DNA of 64,000 nt from a virus: the IMG/VR virus record IMGVR_UViG_3300025137_000028, positions 9,931-73,930 of that record. One strand, 5' to 3'. The notes under the pieces are model-generated. The model made no database searches. It saw only the letters and a program-made list of their open reading frames with translations, and had not been told where the DNA came from. The position numbers were made by a program, and so were the translations under genes. Shown piece after piece: positions 10,687-19,408 of the stretch (the first letter of the stretch is position 1; each line of letters starts with the position of its first letter).

Positions 10687-11235
10687 ATGAGTGAAGAAGA
10701 ATTTAAGCCGATAGTGGATAATAAAACTGGTGAAAAAAGGGCATTAAAACCGGACGAACCAATTTACGAGGCAAGTAAAGACCCTAAGGGCAATGGTAAA
10801 GTGGTTAGTAATACATCTGGTGAGCCTATCATTCACAGTTTTACATTTGATAAAGTTGATCCAGACGATCAAAAAGTAGTTGAAGAAGTTATTAGATTAT
10901 TAAAACATTATCATAACAAACAGTGGCAAATTCCTCAAATTATTGAACAATTAAAACTTAAATTTAAACTAAAAGATCGTAAGTGGTTTAGAGTTGAAGA
11001 ATCATTATGGCACAATTTAACTAAAGATAAAAATTTAGGTGCTAGTGTTCAAGGTTATAGAATTTGTGGTGATACAAACGTACCACATATAGCCTTTTCA
11101 GCAGACGCTGATTACTTAGATCATTTTATTATGGAATTAGCAAACGACATTAAAAATGAAGTTATTAATTCACAAATGAGTGATGAACAGTTTAGACAAA
11201 ATGTATTAAAGAGGTCAAAAGAAAATAAAGAGTAA
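10687..11235 (+). CDS. Hypothetical protein
   Basis: 182-aa ORF with strong SD (TAGGAG); no family recognised. Confidence 0.65.
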   Translation: MSEEEFKPIVDNKTGEKRALKPDEPIYEASKDPKGNGKVVSNTSGEPIIHSFTFDKVDPDDQKVVEEVIRLLKHYHNKQWQIPQIIEQLKLKFKLKDRKWFRVEESLWHNLTKDKNLGASVQGYRICGDTNVPHIAFSADADYLDHFIMELANDIKNEVINSQMSDEQFRQNVLKRSKENKE

Positions 11236-11240
11236 ATGTT

Positions 11241-11591
11241 ATGGCAGTTACACAAAAAACAGCACTTAATTTTGCGATGGATCAAGGCGCTGATTTTTCT
11301 AAAAATTTTACTATAACAACAGACGGCTCTACGGCTTACGATATTTCAAGTCTTACACTTCAAGCAGAAATGAGAAAAGGGTACGATAGTACCACAGTTA
11401 CAGCAACTTTTGCTGCTTCAGTAGTCACTGGTTCAAGTGGCATATACAAACTAGTATTAACAAACGAAGAAACTGCTGATATAACAGCAGGTCGTTATGT
11501 GTATGATGTAGAATTAAGATTAGCAGATTCTACTTTAGAGAAAGTTCATTATGGTATTATAACGGTTCTTCCAGAAGTAACTAAACTATAA
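11241..11591 (+). CDS. Virion structural protein (BppU N-terminal-like)
   Basis: DQGADF, AEMRK and GRYVYDVEL motifs common in phage tail and baseplate accessory proteins. Confidence 0.55.
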   Translation: MAVTQKTALNFAMDQGADFSKNFTITTDGSTAYDISSLTLQAEMRKGYDSTTVTATFAASVVTGSSGIYKLVLTNEETADITAGRYVYDVELRLADSTLEKVHYGIITVLPEVTKL

Positions 11592-13102
11592 TGTCAAATT
11601 CACTAGAAGATTTTTTCAACAAACTCGCAGGCAAAGATATTCTCAAAGAAATGAGAGACGAAGAACAATCGAAGATTGATTCTGAAGCAAAACTTTTAGC
11701 AGATCAACAAGAAAAAGAAAAAGTTGAAAAAGAAAAAAAAGAATTATCAGAGTCAGAAAAGTTAAACGCCTTAGAACAATTATTTGATTTACCTAAATTT
11801 GAGGTAATAGCTAAACAAGAAGTAGATAAAACTAGACCATCTACTTTAGAAGAAAAAGAATTAAAAGATACTTTAAAAATTTTATCAACATCTGTTGAAG
11901 AATATCAAAAACAAAAAGTATCTGAATTAGATATTGATGAAGTCGATTATAAAAAATATTTAGAAACTAAAAAACCTGTTAGTGAAGATAAACTTGTTAC
12001 ACAAATAGAACAATTTTTAAGTGATACTTATTTTCCTCCTAAAGAAGAAATAACACCTATTGAAGAAGTTATAGACGCTAAGTATTTAAATAAAAGAGAA
12101 AATGTCTATGAGCCATTAGAGCCAGGTTTAGTAGAAGATGTTAAATCATTTATCGAAACAAAATTAGAACCTCAACCTTATATGAAAATGAACGTAGGTG
12201 ATCCGATTAAACCTACAGAAAATTATGTAAGTAGAGAAGAAATATTAAAAACTCTAACTAAGAGAGCGAGGTCACTAAAAGAACAATTAGATGGCGGTAG
12301 TATATCTATTGAAGAGTTAACAAAAGAATTTAGTAGATTTAAACAATTAACAAATTTACAACTTCAATCTATTGGTGGCGGTGGTTCAACTAAAATATCA
12401 GAAATGGATGACGTTGATATTTCAGCACAAGCTGATGGCTTTGCTTTAAAATATAATGGTACAACAGGCAAATATGATTTTGGCGAAGTAGCCTCAGATT
12501 TATCTGCTGTAGATCAAAGTATATTACCAGACGCTAGTGGTACAAGAGATATAGGATCAACAGAAAAAATATGGAACAATGGATATTTTAATAATGTTTA
12601 TGTTTCAGGTTCAACTTTAGAAGTTTCAAATGACGCTGTTTTAAAAGGCGATATTCAATTAGGGGTAAACTTAGGCGATTCTACTGAGGATACTATTAAT
12701 GTTCAAGGTAGATTTATTTCTAGTTTAGAACCTTTAACAACAGAAACATATAATTTAGGATCACAAAATAAAAGATGGAAAGAAATATTTTTATCTGGTA
12801 ACACGATTGATTTAGGTGGTGCTACAATAAGTGGCGATGGCACAGGTTCTATTGCTATATCATCAACAGGTGTTACGTTACCTGCTGGTTCTAAAGTAGG
12901 TTCTCAAAACATTGCTGAATCAGACGCAGATACAGGTATCGCAACTAGAAGTGTACCTTTATTTACTGCTGCTGGTGGTTTAAGTACAGCGGCAAAAACA
13001 TTTACATTTGCTGCTCAATCAGGTCGTGGTGCTCAAGTGTTTTCATCATTTAAAAAGGCAGATGGTTCAACAGCAGGTAAATTTGAGATATTTACATTCT
13101 AA
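11591..13102 (+). CDS. Two-part protein: acidic helical N-half plus fibre-like C-half
   Basis: E/K-rich first ~260 aa, GGGG linker, then repeats like ILPDASGTRDIGS..KIW and LEPLTTETYNLGS.NKRW. Confidence 0.6.
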   Translation: MSNSLEDFFNKLAGKDILKEMRDEEQSKIDSEAKLLADQQEKEKVEKEKKELSESEKLNALEQLFDLPKFEVIAKQEVDKTRPSTLEEKELKDTLKILSTSVEEYQKQKVSELDIDEVDYKKYLETKKPVSEDKLVTQIEQFLSDTYFPPKEEITPIEEVIDAKYLNKRENVYEPLEPGLVEDVKSFIETKLEPQPYMKMNVGDPIKPTENYVSREEILKTLTKRARSLKEQLDGGSISIEELTKEFSRFKQLTNLQLQSIGGGGSTKISEMDDVDISAQADGFALKYNGTTGKYDFGEVASDLSAVDQSILPDASGTRDIGSTEKIWNNGYFNNVYVSGSTLEVSNDAVLKGDIQLGVNLGDSTEDTINVQGRFISSLEPLTTETYNLGSQNKRWKEIFLSGNTIDLGGATISGDGTGSIAISSTGVTLPAGSKVGSQNIAESDADTGIATRSVPLFTAAGGLSTAAKTFTFAAQSGRGAQVFSSFKKADGSTAGKFEIFTF

Positions 13103-13113
13103 TGAATAAATTA

Positions 13114-13121
13114 TATAAATA
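13114..13121 (+). promoter_or_regulatory. T4-type late promoter
   Basis: Intergenic TATAAATA. Confidence 0.7.
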
Positions 13122-13141
13122 TTGTAATTAATAGGAGAGTT

Positions 13142-13921
13142 ATGAGTATAAAAACACCAATAAGAACTGTATTTGATGATAGTAATAATGCTACAGGTTT
13201 AGCAGAATATCAATCAGGTGAATTTATCGGATTGACACATGGTGGTATTGGTGCTTCGTTATCAATAGGTAGTGCTGGGCAAGTTTTAAAAGTTAATTCA
13301 GGTGCTAGTGCTTTAGAGTTTGGTAACGTTGAGGCAGTCTTTAATATTGATGGTATGACAGACGGTTCTGGCATAACTATCGTAGACGCAGACGACTTTG
13401 CCATTTCAGACGCAGGTGTTGAAAAGAGAGTTAATGCTTCACAAATAGCAACGTATGTACAGAGTGGTGTATCAGGTGATATTACTATTTCAGGTGGTAC
13501 AGCTGCTATTGCTTCAGGTGTAATTGTAAACGCAGACGTTAATGCTAGTGCTGCTATCGCATTTAGTAAGATGGCAAATTTAACTGTTTCACGTGCTTTA
13601 GTATCTGACGGAAGTGGAGATGTATCTGTTAGTGCTGTAACGGCAACAGAAATAGGATATTTAGATGGTGTTTCATCTGCTATTCAAACACAAATAGATT
13701 CAAAACAAGCAACGTTAACAGGAGGTGCGACAACAATCGCTTCTTCAAATTTAACTGTTTCCAGAGCTTTACAATCTAATGGCGCAGGTAAAGTGGAAGT
13801 TAGTGATGTTACAACAACTGAACTTGGTTACTTAGATGGCGTAACAGGCGCTATTCAAACACAGTTAAATACAAAAACTACGCCAGCATTCGCTATATCA
13901 TCTGCCATCGCTCTCGGTTAA
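13142..13921 (+). CDS. Fibre-like virion protein with an internal 57-aa duplication
   Basis: GQVLKVNSGASALEF fibre motif; duplicated NLTVSRAL...GYLDGV..AIQTQ; late promoter upstream. Confidence 0.65.
   Translation: MSIKTPIRTVFDDSNNATGLAEYQSGEFIGLTHGGIGASLSIGSAGQVLKVNSGASALEFGNVEAVFNIDGMTDGSGITIVDADDFAISDAGVEKRVNASQIATYVQSGVSGDITISGGTAAIASGVIVNADVNASAAIAFSKMANLTVSRALVSDGSGDVSVSAVTATEIGYLDGVSSAIQTQIDSKQATLTGGATTIASSNLTVSRALQSNGAGKVEVSDVTTTELGYLDGVTGAIQTQLNTKTTPAFAISSAIALG
13577..13876 (+). repeat. Diverged intragenic duplication with a 171-nt period
   Basis: NLTVSRALVSDGSGDVSVSAVTATEIGYLDGVSSAIQTQIDSK (13577) vs NLTVSRALQSNGAGKVEVSDVTTTELGYLDGVTGAIQTQLNTK (13748). Confidence 0.85.
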
Positions 13922-13950
13922 TAGATAAATAGTATAAAGAGGAATAAACA

Positions 13951-14766
13951 ATGGCAAAACCATCAAGCAGAGCGAATCTAAAAGAATATGCTTTAAGAGC
14001 ATTAGGTAAACCTGTCATAGAAATAAATGTTGATGACGACCAGTTAGACGATAGACTGGACGAAGCATTACAATACTATGCTCAATTTCACTATGATGGT
14101 ATTAGAAGAACATATTTAAAATATAAATTAACAGCAGCCGATAAAACTCGATTATCAACTGTTAATGGTGCTACTGAAACAGCAACAGATGCATCAGGCG
14201 ACACAACAACTTGGTTTGAAGATAACAGTTATCTTTCAGTACCAGAATCCATTATTTCAGTCATTAATATTTTTCCTTTTTCAGATAAAGGTAATCTAAA
14301 CATATTTGATGTTAGATACCAACTTAGATTAAATGATCTTTATGATTTCTCTTCAACGTCTGTAATCAATTATGATATAGTAATGAGACAATTAGATTTT
14401 TTAGATCATATATTAGTAGGTGAAAAACCAATAAGATTTAATCAACACGATAACAGATTATACATTGATATGGATTGGTCAAATGATTTACAAGAAGATG
14501 AATTTATTGTTATTGAGTGTTATAGAAAATTAGATCCATCTGTTTACACAGACGTTTTTGATGACATATATTTAAAAAGATATGTTACTGCTTTATTTAA
14601 AAAACAATGGGGCGCTAACTTATCAAAATTTAATGGGGTAACTATGATAGGTGGTGTAAGTTTAAATGGTCAACAAATTTACAGTGAAGCATTAACAGAT
14701 ATAGAAAAATTAGAAACAGAAATAAGATCCACATACGAGTTAAACCCTGCTATAATGATAGGATAA
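13951..14766 (+). CDS. gp13: Neck protein gp13
   Basis: LRALGKPVIEINVDDDQ and KKQWGANLSKF motifs; synteny. Confidence 0.92.
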   Translation: MAKPSSRANLKEYALRALGKPVIEINVDDDQLDDRLDEALQYYAQFHYDGIRRTYLKYKLTAADKTRLSTVNGATETATDASGDTTTWFEDNSYLSVPESIISVINIFPFSDKGNLNIFDVRYQLRLNDLYDFSSTSVINYDIVMRQLDFLDHILVGEKPIRFNQHDNRLYIDMDWSNDLQEDEFIVIECYRKLDPSVYTDVFDDIYLKRYVTALFKKQWGANLSKFNGVTMIGGVSLNGQQIYSEALTDIEKLETEIRSTYELNPAIMIG

Positions 14767-14770
14767 TGCC

Positions 14771-15556
14771 ATGCCAGTTAACCATTACTTTCAAGGCGGA
14801 AACGGCATAGGCTCAGCTGCTGAAAAAAAACTTTATGAAAATCTTATCATAGAGGGTCTTAAAATATACGGACATGACGTATATTATTTACCAAGAACAT
14901 TAGTTAATAAAGATTTAATTTTAGGCGAAGATGTTGCGTCTAAATTTAACTCTGCTTATTTAGCAGAAATGTATATGGAAGCTCAGACAGGTTTTGCTGG
15001 CGAACAAGAAATAATTAATAAATTTGGTTTAGAAATTAGAGAAGACACAACTTTTTGTGTATCAAAAAGAAGATGGAATGATTTAGTTGATGACCCTGCT
15101 ACACTAATTAAAACAGGTAGACCTAATGAAGGCGATATAATTTATATGCCTTTAATGAATAGTTATTTTGAGATACAGTTTGTTGAAGATCAGGAGCCAT
15201 TCTTTCAATTAGGCAATCTACCTATTTACAAACTAAGAGTAACACGTTGGGAATACAGTTCAGAAAGATTAGACACAGGTGTTTCAGATGTTGACGCTGC
15301 TGAAGATAAGTATTCTTTAGATCAACTTGCTCATCAAATGAGTTTAGAAAATGAAGACGGCGCAATACTATTAGAAAACGATAGTGCTTCATCCGAAAAT
15401 AATTATCTAATACTAGAAACATATAACTTACAAACTCAATCAACTTATGCTAGTAATAATGATTTAGACGCTCAAGCTGGTTTTGACACATCATCAACAG
15501 CAGATGACATATTAGATTTTACTGAACGTAATCCGTTCGGAGAGGTAGACTTTTAA
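14771..15556 (+). CDS. gp14: Neck protein gp14
   Basis: YGHDVYYLPR, RPNEGDIIY, PFFQLG and NPFGE motifs. Confidence 0.92.
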   Translation: MPVNHYFQGGNGIGSAAEKKLYENLIIEGLKIYGHDVYYLPRTLVNKDLILGEDVASKFNSAYLAEMYMEAQTGFAGEQEIINKFGLEIREDTTFCVSKRRWNDLVDDPATLIKTGRPNEGDIIYMPLMNSYFEIQFVEDQEPFFQLGNLPIYKLRVTRWEYSSERLDTGVSDVDAAEDKYSLDQLAHQMSLENEDGAILLENDSASSENNYLILETYNLQTQSTYASNNDLDAQAGFDTSSTADDILDFTERNPFGEVDF

Positions 15557-16362
15557 TGTTAGGAACATATTTTTACAACGAAAGTATGAGAAGAATGACT
15601 GTAGGATTCGGTCAAATCTTTAACAATATACAAATCAAAAGAAAAGATAGTAATGGTAGTGTTGTTCAATCAATTAAAGTGCCATTAGCTTATGGTCCTA
15701 AAGAAAAGTTTTTAGTCAGATTAGATCAACAATCAAGTTTAAATAATAGAGAGTTTGCTATTACTTTACCTCGTATGGGTTTTGATATTGCTGGTATTAC
15801 TTATGACGCAAGTAGAAAGTTAACTAGAACACAAAAATTTAAAAAAGTAAAATCAGATACAGATGGTAAAATATTAGATTATAATTTCTCACCTGTACCA
15901 TATAATATATCTTACAATTTATATTCTTTCACAGCGAGTGCTGAGGCAGGTTTACAAGTAATAGAACAAATATTACCTTATTTTCAACCTGACTTTACTG
16001 TAACTGTAAATGTAATACCTGAATTGGGTATTAAGAGAGACGTGCCAGTAGTTTTAAATACTGTTACTTATGAAGACACTTATAATGGTGACTTCACACA
16101 AAGAAGATCCGTTATCTATACATTAAATTTTACAGCTAAAATGTACTTATATGGACCGTCTAATACTCAAAAAGTTATTAAAACAGTTCAGTCTGATTTA
16201 TATTCAAATACAGATACAACAAATAAAACAAGAGAAGAAAGAATTACAGTAACACCTAGTCCTACAACTGCTAACGCAGATGATGATTTCGGTTTTACAA
16301 CTTCAATAGATTTCTTTGAAGATGGCAAAAAATATAACGTGACAACAGATAGTGATGAATAA
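15556..16362 (+). CDS. gp15: Tail sheath stabiliser / terminator gp15
   Basis: VPLAYGPKEKFL, LPRM and EQILPYFQP motifs. Confidence 0.92.
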   Translation: MLGTYFYNESMRRMTVGFGQIFNNIQIKRKDSNGSVVQSIKVPLAYGPKEKFLVRLDQQSSLNNREFAITLPRMGFDIAGITYDASRKLTRTQKFKKVKSDTDGKILDYNFSPVPYNISYNLYSFTASAEAGLQVIEQILPYFQPDFTVTVNVIPELGIKRDVPVVLNTVTYEDTYNGDFTQRRSVIYTLNFTAKMYLYGPSNTQKVIKTVQSDLYSNTDTTNKTREERITVTPSPTTANADDDFGFTTSIDFFEDGKKYNVTTDSDE

Positions 16363-16363
16363 T

Positions 16364-16822
16364 ATGACAAAACTAGAAGATACAATGAATGAGATATTAG
16401 GTATAGATAGTAAACAACCAGTTGTTCAAAAAGAATTTAAACCTGCTGTACCTAGAGTAGAAAAAAAAGAAAGTCCAGATGTAGATAATGATTACAAATA
16501 TAGTAGAGAAAACTATTATAATCTTATTGAAAGAGGACAAGAAGCAATTGAAGGTATATTAGATATTGCGAGAGAGGGTCAACACCCTAGAGCATATGAA
16601 GTTGCTGGTCAATTGATAGGACAAGTAGGTCAAACAGTAGATAAATTACAAGACTTACAAAAGAAACTAAAAGATTTAAAAGATTTGCCTAAAACAGCAA
16701 ACGCACAAATTAAAAATGCTTTGTTTGTAGGTTCTACTGCTGAATTACAGAAAATGTTAAAAAATGAAAATATTAAAAGCAAAAACATCACACCCAAAGA
16801 AACAGACGTTTCAGATAAGTAA
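16364..16822 (+). CDS. gp16: Terminase small subunit gp16
   Basis: DYKYSREN, HPRAYEV and FVGSTAELQKML motifs; start 16364 preferred over 16352. Confidence 0.9.
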   Translation: MTKLEDTMNEILGIDSKQPVVQKEFKPAVPRVEKKESPDVDNDYKYSRENYYNLIERGQEAIEGILDIAREGQHPRAYEVAGQLIGQVGQTVDKLQDLQKKLKDLKDLPKTANAQIKNALFVGSTAELQKMLKNENIKSKNITPKETDVSDK

Positions 16823-17066
16823 ATTATCATTTATCAATTATTACTTAGAATATAATACTGGTATTATAAAAGATATATATAATAAGGGTATTATGAATGA
16901 TCCTATCGAAATAGAAAAAAGAAAAATAAGTGAAGTGCCTAGATTCGGTGCTGTAGGTGTGAAATATAAAGAAAAAGATTTAGTTGTATTAAAGGGTAGT
17001 CAAAGAATAACTACCGCCATTAAACTAGGGTGTACACATATTGAAGGAGTAATAATAAATGAGTGA
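16764..17066 (+). CDS. Hypothetical protein with a ParB/Srx-like motif
   Basis: VLKGSQRITTAIKLG.THIEGVII resembles the ParB-N G..R..A...LG pattern. Confidence 0.45.
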   Translation: MKILKAKTSHPKKQTFQISKLSFINYYLEYNTGIIKDIYNKGIMNDPIEIEKRKISEVPRFGAVGVKYKEKDLVVLKGSQRITTAIKLGCTHIEGVIINE

Positions 17067-17673
17067 TGTTGTATCTGTTGTAACAAAAAATAAAGATAAA
17101 GATGAAGACGGAAGAATTATAAAAATTTATGATAACTTTTTAGATCATAATGATAGAGACAATTTAGAAAATGGATTATTTAATGAGACTTTTCCGTGGT
17201 ACTACAATAAACATACAGTTTATCCAGGTAACAAGTATTTTAAAAATGATGAGAAAAATTTATATGACAATGATCAGTTTACTCATGGTTTTACAGTGGG
17301 TAATAAAGTAAATTCTGATTACGCTAATCTAGCATTAATGGTGTGGACTAACTTTTGTAATAAAGTAGGTAACAATCATTATCAAGTATTAAGAATGAAA
17401 GCAAATTTAGTTTTTTCAAATAATAAAATGAGTAATAATTCTTATTCAATACCTCACATTGACTTAGACGAAGAACATCAAACTTTAATTTATTATGTAA
17501 ATCATTGTGATGGTGATTTGTTTTTGTTTAGTAAAGATGATTCTGATAATGTTAAAAAAAGAATTGAAACTAAAAGAGGTAGATTAGTTTGGTTTAAAGA
17601 GCCAATATTACATGCTGCTGGTCATCCTAATTTATTTGATAAAAGATGTTCAGTAGTTATTAACTTTAAGTAA
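17059..17673 (+). CDS. 2OG-Fe(II) oxygenase
   Basis: PHID...IYYVN..DG...H...R.V.N triad pattern. Confidence 0.75.
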   Translation: MSDVVSVVTKNKDKDEDGRIIKIYDNFLDHNDRDNLENGLFNETFPWYYNKHTVYPGNKYFKNDEKNLYDNDQFTHGFTVGNKVNSDYANLALMVWTNFCNKVGNNHYQVLRMKANLVFSNNKMSNNSYSIPHIDLDEEHQTLIYYVNHCDGDLFLFSKDDSDNVKKRIETKRGRLVWFKEPILHAAGHPNLFDKRCSVVINFK

Positions 17674-17678
17674 AACAT

Positions 17679-19307
17679 ATGAGTGACGCATATTTAGGAA
17701 ACCCTAATTTAAAAAAAGTAAATACTCCACAAGAGTTTACTAAAGAACAGATATTAGAATATCAAAAGTGTAGTAATGATCCTCTGTACTTTATGGAAAC
17801 TTATGTACAGATTGTATCACTTGATGAGGGTCTTATACCTTTTAAAATGTATGACTTTCAAAAACGTATCGTAAAAACAATACACGAAAATAGATTTACT
17901 ATTTGTAAACTGCCTAGACAGTCAGGTAAATCAACAACAACTATTTCTTATCTATTACATTATGCGTTGTTTAATCCTAATTCAAATATTGCTATACTTG
18001 CCAACAAAAGTTCTACTGCTAGAGACATATTAGGAAGACTACAACTTGCTTATGAAAATTTACCTAAGTGGTTACAACAAGGTGTACTTAACTGGAATAA
18101 AGGTAATATTGAATTAGAAAACAAATCAACCATAGTTGCTGCTGCCACATCTTCAAGTGCTATTCGAGGAGGTTCATATAACATTATATTCCTTGATGAG
18201 TTTGCTTTCGTTCCAGCAAATATTGCTGAACAGTTTTTCAGTTCAGTTTATCCTACAATTTCATCTGGTAAAAAAACAAAAATGGTTATTGTATCTACTC
18301 CTCACGGAATGAACATGTACTATAAATTATGGATGGATGCTGACAGTGGAAGAAATGATTACATACCGATAGAAGTACATTGGAGTGAAGTTCCTGGTAG
18401 AGATGAAGAATGGAAAGAAGCAACTATTAGAAATACAAGTCCTGAGCAGTTTCAGTCTGAGTTTGAATGTGAGTTTTTAGGTAGTATAGATACTTTAATA
18501 TCACCATCAAAAATTAAAACTTTAGCTCATAAAACACCTATTGAGTCAAACGCAAGTGTTGATATTTACGAGAGACCTATAAAGAATCATACTTATGTTT
18601 GTACAGTTGATGTAGCAAGAGGTACTATAAAAGATTACTCAGCATTTGTTGTATTTGATGTTACACAAATGCCTTACAGAGTTGTAGCAAAATATAGAAA
18701 CAATGAAATCAAACCATATGTTTTTCCTAATATCATATCTAAAATTGCTAAAGCATATAACACTGCTCATCTTTTAGTTGAAGTCAATGATTTAGGACAA
18801 CAAGTATCAGACGCTTTACATTTTGAAATAGAGTATGATAATTTATTAATGACAACTCAAAGAGGTAGAGCAGGTCAATTACTTGGTGCTCAATTTAGTG
18901 GTAGAGGTACATCACTAGGTGTTAGAATGACTAAACAGATTAAAAAACTAGGTTGTTCTAACTTTAAAACGTTAGTAGAAAGTGATAAGTTAATTATTAA
19001 CGATTTTAATATTATAGAAGAAATGTCAACTTTTAGTAGAAGAGGTACTAGTTGGCAAGCTGAAGACGGTTGTAATGATGACTTAATTACATGTTTAATT
19101 ATATTTGGTTGGCTATCTAATCAAGCATATTTTAAAGAAATGACCAATACAAACGTTAGAAATCAATTATATATAGAACAAGAAAAACTAATAGAACAAG
19201 ATATGGCACCATTTGGTTTCATAGATGATGGTACACCAGACGAAGAACAACCATTTTCAGATGAATATGGTACAGTATGGCATCCTGTTACACGAAAAGG
19301 ACTGTAA
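17679..19307 (+). CDS. gp17: Terminase large subunit gp17
   Basis: YLGNPNLK, PRQSGKST Walker A, LDEFAF, VDVARG nuclease motif. Confidence 0.97.
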   Translation: MSDAYLGNPNLKKVNTPQEFTKEQILEYQKCSNDPLYFMETYVQIVSLDEGLIPFKMYDFQKRIVKTIHENRFTICKLPRQSGKSTTTISYLLHYALFNPNSNIAILANKSSTARDILGRLQLAYENLPKWLQQGVLNWNKGNIELENKSTIVAAATSSSAIRGGSYNIIFLDEFAFVPANIAEQFFSSVYPTISSGKKTKMVIVSTPHGMNMYYKLWMDADSGRNDYIPIEVHWSEVPGRDEEWKEATIRNTSPEQFQSEFECEFLGSIDTLISPSKIKTLAHKTPIESNASVDIYERPIKNHTYVCTVDVARGTIKDYSAFVVFDVTQMPYRVVAKYRNNEIKPYVFPNIISKIAKAYNTAHLLVEVNDLGQQVSDALHFEIEYDNLLMTTQRGRAGQLLGAQFSGRGTSLGVRMTKQIKKLGCSNFKTLVESDKLIINDFNIIEEMSTFSRRGTSWQAEDGCNDDLITCLIIFGWLSNQAYFKEMTNTNVRNQLYIEQEKLIEQDMAPFGFIDDGTPDEEQPFSDEYGTVWHPVTRKGL

Positions 19308-19318
19308 GTTAATGGTCT

Positions 19319-19326
19319 TATAAATA
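19319..19326 (+). promoter_or_regulatory. T4-type late promoter (gp18)
   Basis: Intergenic TATAAATA. Confidence 0.8.
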
Positions 19327-19408
19327 TCTGTATAAAAAGTTTTGACTATGGGCGTAAGAAAACTTACGATTAATGACGAAATAATAAGAAAAAATTAGGA
19401 GAAACCTT

